Source: Eremomyces bilateralis CBS 781.70 (lineage: Eukaryota). Taken from it: a DNA stretch of 64,000 bases. The notes beneath the pieces were generated by a model. The model was given only the letters and a program-made list of their open reading frames with translations. It was not told where the DNA came from and made no database searches. Of this stretch, positions 37,213 through 50,400 are shown in pieces (positions within the stretch are counted from its first letter, which is position 1; each line of letters begins with the position of its first letter). The translations under genes were made by a program, and so were the position numbers. The stretch lies in NCBI GenBank assembly GCA_010015585.1, contig ML975157.1. One strand, 5' to 3'.

Positions 37213-38202
37213 TCAATCTTCCGTCCATGGCGCATTCAACTTGCGCATCTCGATCGCCAGCTGAAAAATGTAGTCCAGACTCTCACAAACAGTCTTCGCC
37301 TTCACCCACGTCTCCCCCCAGACGTATACGCCATGTCTCTTCACCAGCACCGCGCTCGAGTGCGGATACATCTCGATGGCCGCCGCTAGCGACGCGGAGA
37401 GATCTTCCTCGTGCGCCGTGTTCTCGATAATCGGAATCGCCAGCGTATCGTAATATGACAGGTATCCGGGCCGACTGGGCTCGATCTTCGACAGGTCCAC
37501 ATCATCGATATACCCGTCCGTGTGCTTCTGACCGGCGGGGATGCCTTTGATCTGCTCGAGGCGCGAGATGCGGAATGGTCGATGCAGCACGGCGTCGCGG
37601 CCTGGCGTTGCATCCCAGCGCTTTTTTGAGAGACTTCGCTCGGCGCCCGTCAGATCGGTAATCCCGCCCATGCTCCGGTCATCCCACGTCGCAAAACCAC
37701 CCTTTGCCGTCCGCTGCTGCAGCTCCTGCTCGACGAGGAGCGTCACCAGCACGGCCCACTGGCTATGTGTGTGGATACACGCCCCCGCGCCTCGCTTCAT
37801 GAACGAGAGATGGAATAATGGCGTGCACTGGCTAGGCTTCAACGGCAGCGGGTACCGCAAGTACGTTCCCAACCGCAAGTCCAACACGAACAGGTCCTCG
37901 GGCTTAATCCGCTCTTTCTGCACGCCGCTCGGGGCGAAGTAGGCCAGGGCACCTTTGCGGATGGATATCCCTCCTCCCGTACCGGTCACCCATCCAAGCT
38001 TGTAGAACGCTTCACATAGCGACGGGATGAGGTTTGCGGGATGCTCGGCATCGCGAGAGGATATTAACATCTCCGGGGACAGCAACTCGACTTCGCCAGC
38101 TTCGAGCGTCTGTCGAAGTCGGGTTTGATATTCTTTATTGTCTCTCATTCCCCCATCTTTGTAATTTATCGTGGACGAGCCACGGGTGGCTTGTTCGGCC
38201 AT
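37213..38202 (-). CDS. MDE1: Methylthioribulose-1-phosphate dehydratase (methionine salvage, class II aldolase fold)
   Basis: [88 protein letters not shown]. Confidence 0.94.
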   Translation of the reverse strand: MAEQATRGSSTINYKDGGMRDNKEYQTRLRQTLEAGEVELLSPEMLISSRDAEHPANLIPSLCEAFYKLGWVTGTGGGISIRKGALAYFAPSGVQKERIKPEDLFVLDLRLGTYLRYPLPLKPSQCTPLFHLSFMKRGAGACIHTHSQWAVLVTLLVEQELQQRTAKGGFATWDDRSMGGITDLTGAERSLSKKRWDATPGRDAVLHRPFRISRLEQIKGIPAGQKHTDGYIDDVDLSKIEPSRPGYLSYYDTLAIPIIENTAHEEDLSASLAAAIEMYPHSSAVLVKRHGVYVWGETWVKAKTVCESLDYIFQLAIEMRKLNAPWTED

Positions 38203-38773
38203 GATTTTGAACCCAGGCGAATGCGACAACTTGTATCTTGATCCAATTATCCGCGGGCGTCAGGACATGACCTAACCTTTTCGGTTTGTACACTATTGGA
38301 CGATGCTTGGGCGAGGCGGGAATTTTCGCAGTCTTATATTCGCTGCACGTGGTGGAGGTCTGGTCGAAGTTTGGGTCCATGATCCATGGCGTGCTTGAGC
38401 ACGCCAAAGTTCCCTACGGTTTTTATACATCAAATCTCCTCTGGCTTTGGAACAATTGTAATCCCATTAAGTCGTCATATCTTGAGAGCGTATGGTTCGT
38501 GCCATGAAGGTCATTAAGTTAGTATCCAGCCATGAGCCTGGCGGCAACGCCAGCAAGGCTGCGCTGCGCCCCAATGTCGCTACAAGACATCGGGCTGAAC
38601 AGCCTCGCATTTCTGTTGCGTCCTTCAACCACAATCAACTCTGTTAATGCGTCCCTGATATAGATTTTGGATCTAATAGACCAGGTTGCAATTCTATTTG
38701 GCTCTTGATATTTTAGCCGCTCTTCCTCCAGGAAAAGCTCGACATTTTGACCCATTTCCTTCGCCTCGCAATA

Positions 38774-41700
38774 ATGTCCGATTCGAGCGAACCCAAGCGC
38801 AAGTCGCGTCATGTAAAAATCAGCCATTATGTCGAAGAACGCGACCGCTCCCCTTCTTTTGCCACCGATGACGATTGGCGCTCGTCGCGTTCTCGTTCAG
38901 TACCCAAGTCTAATATAGTTATCCACCGTCTGCCTTACCGTTCGGTCCCTTCGACATCTCGAGTAGACAGAGAGGTCAACGACCCCCCAAGAGATTACAG
39001 CTCAGTCCCCAGCTACCGGGGTCGTGGGCCATATTCCCGATTCAATGACGGCGACGATGAGAAGGCCTATGACGGCAGAAATCTTCGTCGATTTGGGAAT
39101 TCAAGGGAAGATCCAGAGATTGACGATCAATTGAGGTCTCGTAGGAGGTCTCGGCGACGTGAAAACTCCTTCAGAGACGATGACTTTTTGTCTGAAAGAG
39201 GTGGAGATCGGTCCTACTCGCGGCCTAGAGCCGGGTATGAATGGTATGACTCCAAGTCGTCGAAATCCGAACCGTTGTACTACCCATCCCCGCCAAGGGA
39301 GAGTGTACTCAAGCGAGTGTGGAGTCCACCTCCACCTCCACCCCCAAGAGACCACCGTGCCTATTCAGACTGGGAAGAAGATGTTCAAAAGAAAGAGCGT
39401 GAACGATTCGAAGCTGGGAGCGCCCCAACAGGTAGACGCCGAAGACGTAATCGAAGTAGCTCTCCGAATCGCAAGACGGGCACCGCCATCTTGGAATATG
39501 TCTTGGATTATGGCGACCCCTCGGCCAACTCTAGGCGCAGGTCCCGATCGCCATTGTACCCTGATCTAGCGTCTCGCTATCGGAGGTCCCGATTGTCATC
39601 GTACCCTGATCTAGCGTCTCGCCAGCGGCGAACCTCGGATCCAGTCGACTACGCGGACACCATCAATGTTGGACTAGATGGAACAGACTCTGAGGATAGT
39701 CTTGATTTCTCCCTTCCCCAAAACCTTGACGACAATGCCGAGGATGATGGATCCTATGACAATGAATCAGGTTCTGTAGGTAAGCCAGCCACTCTGGGTA
39801 CGAACGCACCTCCAAGCATCTACCAGGATCGGAAGCTGGTGTATGGGATTGTCCATTCAAAAACTCCCCCGAACAACTTCAGTGTGGGCCTTGAGAATGC
39901 CTCGCTCGTTGCGGAGCAAATTCTTAGCGATTCAGATGTGTCGAGTCCGTCGCCTCTGTATGTCTGGATCCACATTGAGGCGTCCCTCATGAGCCTCTCC
40001 GAGTTCATCAAGGCAGCACTCCAAGCCCCATCTTTAGATGACGACGATAGAAGTCTCATAACGGAGTCTTTAGAGCATGTCCGTACGAACGAGCAGGCCC
40101 TTCGAACAGCAAATGGCGTAGCGGGACGGCATCTCCCGAATCTGTCTTACCGCGGGATACAACGAAAGCACACCTCTCCTGGGGAAAAAGAAAAATCAGT
40201 TTATATAAACTGTTTTCCATACTTCTCCCTGGAAAGATATGCAGCTGTAGCGTTGCCTGATAATGCAGCTTTGCATACAGGCCTGCCGCTCCTCCAGACC
40301 CTCTACTCCTCCGCAAGAAAGGACCGTGATCTCCAACAGGCGATTTGCAAACTGCCAGACACCCGCAAAGGAAGTTGCTTCCATGTATCCCAGATATGGA
40401 GCATGGTACTTGACGACCGGCTACTCATCACCTGCTCTCGACATTCTATCCGTGATATCTCCAGTGAGAGCTTCAGTCTCACAACTCGGCCAGAGACAGA
40501 GTCTTCAGTGCGAGACTACATCGAAGTGTCAGACGATGGAAGACATGTCTGGCTCTTGCCTCTTTCAAGGTGCCAAACTTGGCTAGCTTTCACCGCTCAC
40601 TTCCGACATTTGCTAGATGACGGGGAAGAGTTCGAGTACACTTTGACCGTCAAGTTGCTCGGAGTGTCAATCGAAGCTAAAGATTGGCCCAGTGTCGTGG
40701 CGGAAAGCCGGTCGAGCCCTCTTAGGCTTGTCCTGAGCAGAAGCAATCTGCGACAACCTTTTATGCCATCGGATTACGATAGTGATGATGGCCCTCTCGT
40801 CGAAGAGTCTGATACAGAAGCAGCGGCTCAGGCGTCCCTAAGGAGCGATGAACGCACGACAGCAGCCGGCGCGGTCCCCACAAGCCAGTCCAGGGCACCT
40901 AGTCGATACGGACGAGAGTCGGATTCCCTACCTGGACTCGCATCCGACTTTCACCTCTTCCGGTGGCTTAACGTTTCAAAACTGAATCGTTCTGATAAGG
41001 GGGATTGGCCCGGGGTACCAAACAGTGCGAAACCTCTTTCGGAACAGAGTATGCCCTCGGAAAACATCTCCATCTGCCTCTCAGAGGCGCATAAGTTTCT
41101 TCTGGATCGGAAGAAGGACATTGGCCACCTAAGCTACGCGGCTACACCTGAGATGAGGCTCTCAGATGTCTATACGTTGCTGAAGGATCTACGACCAAGA
41201 GAAAATGCCGGGAGACAGGTCCCTATCTATCCGAAGATAGAACAAGCTGTGAATGCAGCCGAGGAGATATTGCAGTTCTTCGTACCTCTGGACACTGACG
41301 CCCCAATCATCCGCCGGTATTGGGGGGCGATCGGCCACGTAACTCTAGCAAGCTCGACTGAATTTAACAAGAATAACCGACCATATCGACTGCGGATACT
41401 GGCCTTCAGACTGACCCAGGCAAGGTCTTTGTTTTCGGACAGCAAATGCCCAGCCCCAGGCGGGCTGAAGATTCCTGACGAGTGGCAGCGTCTGTTTCTT
41501 CATGTGTTGCTCTATCTCATCTCCGTGAAAGCAGATGCAGGGGCCGCAGAATATACCCATTTCATCAAATGCCAGGACCTCCTCGCGGAAGGGAAACGAT
41601 CGCTGCTACGGACTTTGGCTCCACAAACTCTCGGTGACTTTGAAGCGACTATGCCTCCTGCGCTACAGACTCTTATCGCTGCTCGCTTGGTTCGAGACAT

Positions 41701-42509
41701 CTCTCCCCGGGACATGCTCGACGTCTACTGGGAGTATTTCAGAACACTTGTAGGGCGATTTTAAACGACGAAGCCAACGCCTCGCTAACTTAAGGTAGGA
41801 GCTCGAAATACAAGGTGATCCCTTGAAACGTGCACATCAGAACAGAATCACCTTCTTCAATCAGGAAGTTGCCGCCGTCCTATCCACCCTCGAGGACCAA
41901 GAACGTGTCCTTCGGGGCATCGAGATGCAGATCTTACAACAAGACGCTCACAGCAACCTTCCACTCTGCGGAATCAAGTCTCCTGAGCCGTTCGACCTCC
42001 CAGTTATCAAAGACGCCATCGCGCTCGTCGCCATGCGCCTCCACAGCTTCAAGGAGCTGACCATGCGTGCATCGGACCTGTCGTCCTGGAACTTACGCAT
42101 GATCGAATCCAACAAAGACCGCCAAGACGCCGCCATTTACTCATTTACCGTCGTCACCGTCATCTTTCTCCCACTCTCCTTCGTCGCAGGGTTCCTCGGA
42201 ATGAACACATCCGACGTTCGCGACATGCCCCAGCGCCAGTGGGTGTTTTGGTCCGCCGGTGTGCCGTTGACCCTACTCATCGTCATTATCTCGCTCTGGT
42301 GGGCTGGAGAGTTGGATAATGTATGGAAGACCATCACCCGGCCATTTGGAGCGGTCAAACGGACCATTGGGGACGTAGGACGTGTTGGTCTGTCTCGGAC
42401 GCCGGCAGTGGACACGAAATCCCCCGAGCCGTTTGTGCCATATTCATTCAAACGGAGCGGAACGGGCTTGAGTAGACGCTCTACCGGGATCTCACAGCGC
42501 TATTATTAA
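38774..42509 (+). CDS. Large fungal protein with an Arg/Ser-rich disordered N-terminus and a C-terminal CorA-like Mg2+ transporter domain
   Basis: Exon 38774-41749, intron 41750-41798, exon 41799-42509 in frame. C-terminal AIYSFTVVTVIFLPLSFVAGFLGMNTSD..QWVFW (GMN signature between two TM helices). Confidence 0.85.
39539..39623 (+). repeat. Short intragenic tandem duplication (45-bp period) in the CorA-domain gene
   Basis: AGGTCCCGAT..GTACCCTGATCTAGCGTCTCGC occurs twice, encoding YPDLASR twice. Confidence 0.8.
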
Positions 42510-43547
42510 TGCGACTGGGTTCATCGGCAGCGGAAGGACTTGGAGCTCGGGGCGTCTATTCCAATATTCGGCGCATAGGAAGAAATCAGCAGCAGCCACC
42601 CTTCTTATCTACCATTGGAAGGCGAGGGTGAGATATACTCCTCACATATAGAATCTTGACAGCCGACCTTTTCTTTGCTCTAAGAGCGAAGAAGTGCATC
42701 TAGAAGATTGACCACCAATACCTCAAGTGATAGTCACATACTCGCGATCTGACTCGACGTGTACGCCCAAGACACAGCGCTTCAGGCGATGTTCTGAGTC
42801 ATTGTTAGCAATATTGCTATGTAATTGAACTTTCTTCGTGGCTCTTCGCACCGGATATGATCATTGAAATGCTTGTATCCTCACTTTGGCAGTGTAGAGT
42901 GCCTGATGCTTTCTCCTCGAGGGGTTTGGGTAGTCCTCTCATCAGCCTCACCATCCCATCCATCACCCATTCCGAAGGTCCAGCGCTAGTGTCTTGCCAT
43001 CATCAGACGGACATCACGGCATTCCCCACCAAGCTCTTTCAACTCGAAATTGAGAAATAAGGTTAGAGAAGATGCAGCCGCATATGATATTGAATGAACA
43101 TTTTGAATTTTGGAGCTACCTGTACCGCAACTGTAGATCATGAAACTACCTGATTGAATCGAGCATCAACACCATGGAGGGCATATCTTCGTCTCTGCTG
43201 GATCGCAGGAAACTGTAGCTGTCCTCTGTGTTGTAGTACTTCTCAATCATCCGTCGCGATGACGCTCACTATAGACCGTCCCCTCCTCATGTCGAACCTT
43301 AATCAAGGAGAATCTCAACGACCCATGACGCCAAGAGCGCCAGCCATCCTTCCCACCCAACCGCCGAATGAAGGACTACTAATCCACTACCACAATTTGT
43401 GAGAAAATCCGCCACGATGCCGCTATTACCAGAGAATCGATGAGAATTAGGGATTCACCATGGTACAACCTCGCTAGCATCGCGAGGGAACACCAGAGGG
43501 AAAAAGGTGAAACGTGAATGGTGAAATGACACCCTGCGGCGACGGAT

Positions 43548-45674
43548 CTACGTTGCAAAGCTGGGCTCCTCGGTGCTTGCGACCGGTGCGTCCGCGGCGG
43601 TCTCGGCTGCCCGCTCGGGGGCCTCCTCTGGTGCGACCATATCAGCTTTCGCGTCTGTCATGGAAATGTCACCATCTCCTTCAGCGACTTCCAGGGTGTC
43701 CTTCTTGGGCTCTTCCGCTTCAACCGACTTCACTTCGTTCTTCTCGTCTGGTGAAGCGCCCTCCTTGGCAGGCTCCTCATGGTTGACGCCGTTGGTCTTC
43801 ACCTCGGGCTCCTCGCTCTTCGGCGCAGCTGCTCCGGTTGATGCAGCAGGTGCCGGAGTCGGGGTTTCGAGCTCCATGGACTTGTTGTAGATCCCGAGAA
43901 GATCAGTCGCTCGCTGTCTGAAATGGAACTCCTCATCTCGCGGAATGTACTCGATTCGAAGCAATTGCTTCAGGACCTTGTTGATCTTCGTGGCCTTGAT
44001 GATCGAAACCTCGAGATTCTCATGCTTTTCCAAATCGGAAAGTCGCAGCGACATGTCCGGCATATCCTCATCCTTAGGGGGGGTATTCTTGTCCAGGAAG
44101 CCTTTCTGAAGCCTGTGGCGAAGGAACAACACTGTCCACGCATCAGTTATGATCATGCAAACAACGAAATACGCGATTCTTACCCAGTTTCTGGCGCTTC
44201 TCGAGCTTCTCCGCCTCCGTCTCCTGCTTCTTCTCCTCCTTTGGAGCCGTATCTTTGAAAGCGGCTTTCTTCGCAGAAGGCTTGGAAGCCTTCTTCGACT
44301 TCGTGTCAGAGGCGGCTGCTGGGGTATCAGTGCTCTTGTTTGTGAGCTTCAGCTTGGGAGTTTTCGGGGGCTGTACAGAGTAAGCATAAATGCAAGAATT
44401 GTAGATATGCCAAATTGCTCACCTTAGTGCCCTCCTCTGCATCAGTGTCAGCAGCTTCGCCCTTCTTTCGCTTTTTCGACTTGGAAGCCTTAGCAGTACC
44501 ATCTGCATCCGCCATCTCGACATCATCACTCTTGCCCTTCTTCTTGCTCTTCTTCTGCTGCTCCGCCTTCTCCTTTTTCTTCTCCGCCTGTTCAGCAGCA
44601 GCTTTATCCGCGGCTTCAATCTGCTGCTTGAGGAGCTCCTCCTCCTGCTCACGGTCTTCTTGCTCTTTCACCATGGCCTTCTCATGTTCCATGAGAACAG
44701 ACTTGAAGTGGGTGAGACTATGCTCGCCGGCAGCAGTCTTGTAAGCTTCCCAGAGCGTGTTCGGCATCTTGCCTTGATTTCCGCTCTCCACTTTCTCCTT
44801 GATCTCATTCATGTCGAGAGGCAGCAGATCCGTGTTTGGTTGCCACGCACTAGATGATTGGGGTTAGCCAAAAAGTCACATTAGCACATAATCATGCACG
44901 TACAACTCATTAGTGGCAAGAAACATGACCGGATATCGCCTATCACGGACGTTCTTCCCGCCGACCTCGAAGTCTGCCCTCCATGTACCATCAACGCGCT
45001 TGGCGCTCACAGGGCGTTTGCTGAGCAATGAGATGGGTAGCATTTGCTCGTCGCAGATGACGGAAGGCCACGGCTGGTGCCCTCTCATGCGCGCAAACCA
45101 GAACTGACCCGGCTCAACGTCCAGTTGGAGCTGAGGCATGCTCTTCTTGCGGTTGAGCTTCTTGGATTTGTGCTCAGGCACCCCGGATGACGATTTCCGC
45201 TTCCTGTCCCTCTTGGTCGCGTCAGTTGCGCCGTTTGTTGTCGCGGCCAATGGCTCGATCGTGTCAGCGGAAGCTAAAGCAAGGAGCTGTCAGTGTTTTT
45301 GCCACTTTAAAATGAAGTTATCATGACGCGTACCTTCAGCTCCGTTGGTGCCTTCATTTGCAGGCTTTTGAGAACCTGCTTCCGACTCCTTGGTCGCGGC
45401 GGGCTCCGCAGAGCTGGTCTCGGTCTGTGGGACAGCATCTACAGAGGTAGAGTAGAGTGTGAGTAACCAACTTGATAAATGACGCGACATTCTTGATGAA
45501 CCTACTATCGGTGGTCTGGTCTGTCTTGGCGGGAGTGCCATCAACCTTGGCCTCGGTGGACGGATCCTCCTTAGACGCGTCGGAACCGGCAACGGGCGCG
45601 GCAATGGTCTCCTCGGGCACCGGAGCTGCAACAGGAGCTGCAACAGCAGCGTCAGGCTTGACCTCCTCGGCCAT
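43548..45674 (-). CDS. PWWP-domain chromatin protein with a C-terminal TFIIS-N/IBD-like helical domain (Pdp3/LEDGF-like architecture)
   Basis: Multi-exon: MAEEVKPD start, WFARMRGHQPWPSVICDE..YPVMFLATNE (PWWP), Lys/Glu-rich linker, VLFLRHRLQKGFL..IIKATKINKVLK..IPRDEEFHFRQRA. Confidence 0.87.
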
Positions 45675-48600
45675 GATGCGTGGAACGCGTGTAGAACAAT
45701 TCGGTGAAGAGTGCAAGCTGATTACTGGGTGAGAACCACTCGGGAGTACAATGTCGCGATGACTTTGCAATGAATTCGATGAAGCTAGTTGGTGGGGGAT
45801 TGGAAAAGGATGAGAAGCGAAGGTTTGTGGTGAAGATTTGATGGAAGAAACAGGTGGTTGATGAAAGCAAGTGGAAGATGGTTGGAAGGTGGGAGTTGTT
45901 GGGGGAGGTGAAGGTGAAGAAGGGTGAAGTGGTGGTGAATGAACGTCAGATGGATTCTTTTCCGGTCGCTCTCTTAGCTCTGAATGCACGTGACATGGAG
46001 TCGACGCGACAATAACCCTTTCTATCACCAGTTGCCAACCACTTGGACGATGAATAGCGCGCGACAATAGTAGATATTGAAGTCTATTGAGGAATCATAC
46101 TGTAAACGGCTTGTATTAAGCAGATATCAGTTCCACGAATAGAAAATAGATGAGACTTAGCGACAATGGTGTGCGGCATCGCAGTGCACTTTTGGTCCGT
46201 TCCGTAAACACGCCCCCCCGCCCGCCGAGCTGGCTGTCGGGTCACCCAACCTTGACCAAAACGGTCATGCTGTCCGAGCTGCCACATTTGACATCAGGCT
46301 GGCCCATGCCGGTCGCGGCTCGCCTAGGCACATCATCACCACTTCGACCCTTCAATGTTTTGCTCAGTTGCGCCATCTCTCCCACTCGTGCTGACGCTGC
46401 TCAGCGTGCGTCTGCTTTCCCTAGTTCGGAAGAACGTGTCGTAAGACGGATTGAAGAATGGCCTCTTCGCTGTTGGATGCCCGGAGGCATCTACACGGTG
46501 GACTATTCATATTCAGACAGTCATGTATTAATGAATCGCGTCCATCTGAAGTACGCTCATCTGGAGTAGAGGCTTCTTCATAGACGAGATAGCAGTCATC
46601 GGCCTTGCCTTGAGAGGCGGCGTTTGATGGCCTCAGTATTTCCCTGGCTTTATGTTAGTGCTGTTGATATGAATCATGTCCACGTCGTCCGTCGAACATC
46701 CGAATTGCAAACTACCTACGCTCAGTTGCGTCGGCTTTCTCGGTGTCCAATACGTTCAATGGAGCCTGTCTGCCCAATACTAACGCTGCGTCCATAACCG
46801 TTCCCCGTGCCGGGTGCAAATCCAAGCTCTTTTAAATCAATGCGGTTCCCTTTTGCCGACATGCTGCTAACAGATGTAATGCTGATGATATGTATAAACA
46901 TAACTTGACACTTCTATAGTTGTACGACAAACAGCCGAAGAGCAAATCGACTAATATCATTGCTGAAAGTCTCCCCCGTGGGCGATATGACGAGCGACTT
47001 AATGAATTGCGCATACTCAAAATAGCGAAATCAGGAGGAATATGGGCGAGTCGGGTACAAATCCACAAAATTCCAGGAGTTTGACAGTTGACTGAAAGAA
47101 AGCCCACAAAGTTGGATTAACTCCAAGCATCGTTGCTGGCCGGTCCACCTGAGTCAAGTGAGGAGGCTTACTCTGGCAATTGAGTATATATCCCACCAAG
47201 AACCGGACATCCTGACTGCGTCCAGATACGTTCTCTTACAATCTACCAGTGCCATCTTGACCATGATGGTGAGGACTACACCTTATCTAGAATGCTTCCA
47301 AGGCAGCGAGAGTTCCTAGTCCAGTAGCCCAGGTATTCGTATTCGACCCTCTCGCGCAGAAAGAAATTTAGCCTCCATTCTCATCATCTGTATTGTCGGT
47401 TTTCGTGGGTAAATCGGATTCGGTCCATGTCAGAGTGGAGTGTCCGACTCGTTGGCCACTGTAGTTCGATTCTAGCTAGGAAGGACACTTCGGCAACATG
47501 CGAATGCCAGCGAAACACTCCATTTGGAGATGAGGTTAAGCGAAACCGTGATGGGCTAGATGCCAATCTGGTGTTGGAGTGACTTCGACCAAGGATGGCA
47601 TGAAACAAGTCGATCGACCACGGTCCTATTTTTCCGATCGTTTGCAAGTCTCGAGGCCCATTATATCGGTCGGACACAACTGAAATACAGTCATTTGATG
47701 GATTATCTCGTGGGGAAGGTCATTTGATCGCATAAACGATGCTTTCTTTTGCCGTTGTAGCGAGTGGAAGTTAAGATGTCTACCAGAAAAGAAGAGGAAG
47801 TTTGGTTCCGTTGGTCTCCTCACGTGGTCTGCCTTCAACCTCAAGTCTTCATGGCCTGATGCTCGGATTACTTTTCTCATCGCTTAGATATTCATTTTTT
47901 AACTTCATCGCCTTATTAGGCGCTATAGAAATGGTTTATCATTATAGTCCATGTTGTTTGTGTTCCGTTTGCCTGGTCTAACAGTCCTATGCTGTGCCTT
48001 GGGATGGATGCATTTTGGGCACAGTGGGACCCTCAACAGTTTATTATCAATCTCTTTCCGGGCACTAACTTAGTTTGAATCCATTTGATTAAGTTAGTTG
48101 ATGCAACTTTTTATTCAAATCTTCTCCTCCAGGCGAAGTATCGCGTTCTCCAGCAGCTTATTCCAGCCAAGATCAACTCGCTCCCTCTAAACCTGCCCCG
48201 TTAGATCGATAATGGGGAGAACCGTCAAAGCCAGTCAATATTTTTACTCATCTACTCACACCAGACGATTTACATGTTTCAGATCCTCTAGCAAATAGTT
48301 ATTTGGCCCCGAGCGACACATAAAGTCACGCAAGCCGGCAACCGTTGTTGATGCTCGTTTGAGTAGCTGCCGCATCTCTCGAGACGGTTTCAAGAACCTG
48401 TCTACAAGTCTTCCATTCTATCACACTCATGTCTCCGGTAAGAGCTTGGATGAGAAAGCGTATGGTCGTCGAACTTGTAGCAGGTAGTATCCCCGGCTTG
48501 TCAAATAGACAACGCTCTGAAAAGACGTCCTACAGATCGATAACATCAGTACTGGATGGTTAGGAGAATCCAGCGCGTACCCACAGTGTCACTGCCTGAC

Positions 48601-50400
48601 CATTTCCGTTCAGTTTCCGGTCTAAGAGCTTCATTAAATTGCATGTGTTGTGGAAGGGGCGAGAGCAGTGGGATGTCCTTCTCTTCCCACAAAAGCTGCC
48701 CATCCAGTTTTAGGATCGCAGCCCCATTCTTAGCGACCGGCAACTGGTCCTTCAGTCTAGAGGAAATACGGCGGACGTGGACCCCATCCTTCATACCCGG
48801 ACCAATCTTTTCTTTGGGAAATGGATCTACAACATTCTGGGCATGCAGAGACACATTCGATAGCAATGAATCCAAGGGAGAAAAGATGTCGAACCCTTCC
48901 AATGTCCTCTCCAGATGGCGCACCTCTGGTACGGCACACGGCCAAGTTGCAGTGCGTGGATCTGCGACCTCGACATGATGATCTGGTGAGCAATTGATTT
49001 TGGAAGGTGTTAGCTCCTCAGTCTATCTCACAACAAGGCTATGTTTGGTATCAGGCAGAAGTCCCCTTGGTCAGTAAGACCACTGTTCGGTGTATAACCT
49101 ACGTGGCGCGTGCCCATGTCAGGAGTGGTGGCAGGTGGATGCTACAAGTCAATCACAGGGAGGGCAATCCACAATCGCCATGAAGGCGAGCTAGAACTCA
49201 CTGATATCGGAAGAAGAAAGGACGAGCCATTCGTGTTTGAGCGGGGATTCAACGTGTGGAGTGTGCCACGGTGGACAATCATCTAGGCGCAGAACTCCCA
49301 GAGGCTTCCCGTGCATTGAAGGCCGATAATGGAGCAATGTTTACTATGGCAACTTCGAGTATCGCCTAGTTAGGGACAGGTAAATATCCCTCATACCAAT
49401 GACCCGATATAGAAACTACCAAAGGCCTAGCGTCGATCTCAGAACGACGTTACCGTACAGCCCTAGAAGAATGGGAAAGTAAATGTCGGATCCAAAGTAC
49501 ATCATGACAACTAGATTGATCTTCGAGGACTGTTCACTGACCATTACTACCAGCATTTCTTAGTATATTGAGCCTTTGGGTGGCATGGCGCAGTGAAGTT
49601 GGGATAGCTATTTGGAAAATCGCTAACTTGTTCCGGTTAAAGCTAGCCGCCATCCTTGTATCTTCAACACCACCACGGCAACATCACAGATCTTCGCAGC
49701 CCGAGATCCTTGACATCGACCGTCAAGCCCGAGTGTCCGAAACTCCTCCTCCAATAATCGCATCTACGCAGTAAAGCCTGGATTGACGATCCGACCAGTT
49801 TGGTCTCTGATCCGTTCCTCCACGGGACAAACCTCCCACCCTTCACGACCAGTGTTTCCCTACGCTCCACATTGGACACTTGAGCCACCTAAAACCACGT
49901 TGTGCGGGTTAAGCGCCCTCGTGGTGGCCCATATGCACAGGCCTGATTGACTGCCTGCATAGCAGGGCAAATCAAACGTCATGTTCGCTGTTGCCGAATC
50001 TCGAAACGGAAGTTCGCCGTATGTGGGACGTGTATCGGTTGCGCTCTGCAGCGGATATCGACAACCATTCCCGGTGGTTGCCACTGCAGGCCTTTGAATA
50101 GGTACCCGAATATGTAGTCAACGGTAAGCCGCTCTTTAATGGCGATGCCGTCGTCCAAGTCTGCTTAAACTTGTGTTCTGAATCCTTCGCTTTCGATTTC
50201 AATCTAACCCTCATTTACTTCTATTTTCGACTTCATCTCGCAAACAGTTTGCTATAAGGTGTGGTGAAGTCCTGAAGAGGCCAGTGGAATTCAGATGAGG
50301 CGGATGAAGGGCCTATAATCATCTATCACGAGTTGTCTACGAAGGGTCGATATCTGGTTCCTCGCCATCTCATCCAACCGCTCCGGTACAAACTGTCAAT

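Noticed and set aside
34693..45674. Apparent clustering of chromatin/elongation genes (EAF6, DST1, PWWP protein)
   Set aside because: Interrupted by unrelated genes. Chance proximity is likely without synteny or co-expression data.
45675..46067. 131-codon in-frame extension upstream of the PWWP gene ATG
   Set aside because: No ATG, and the low-complexity pyrimidine-rich leader explains the lack of stops.
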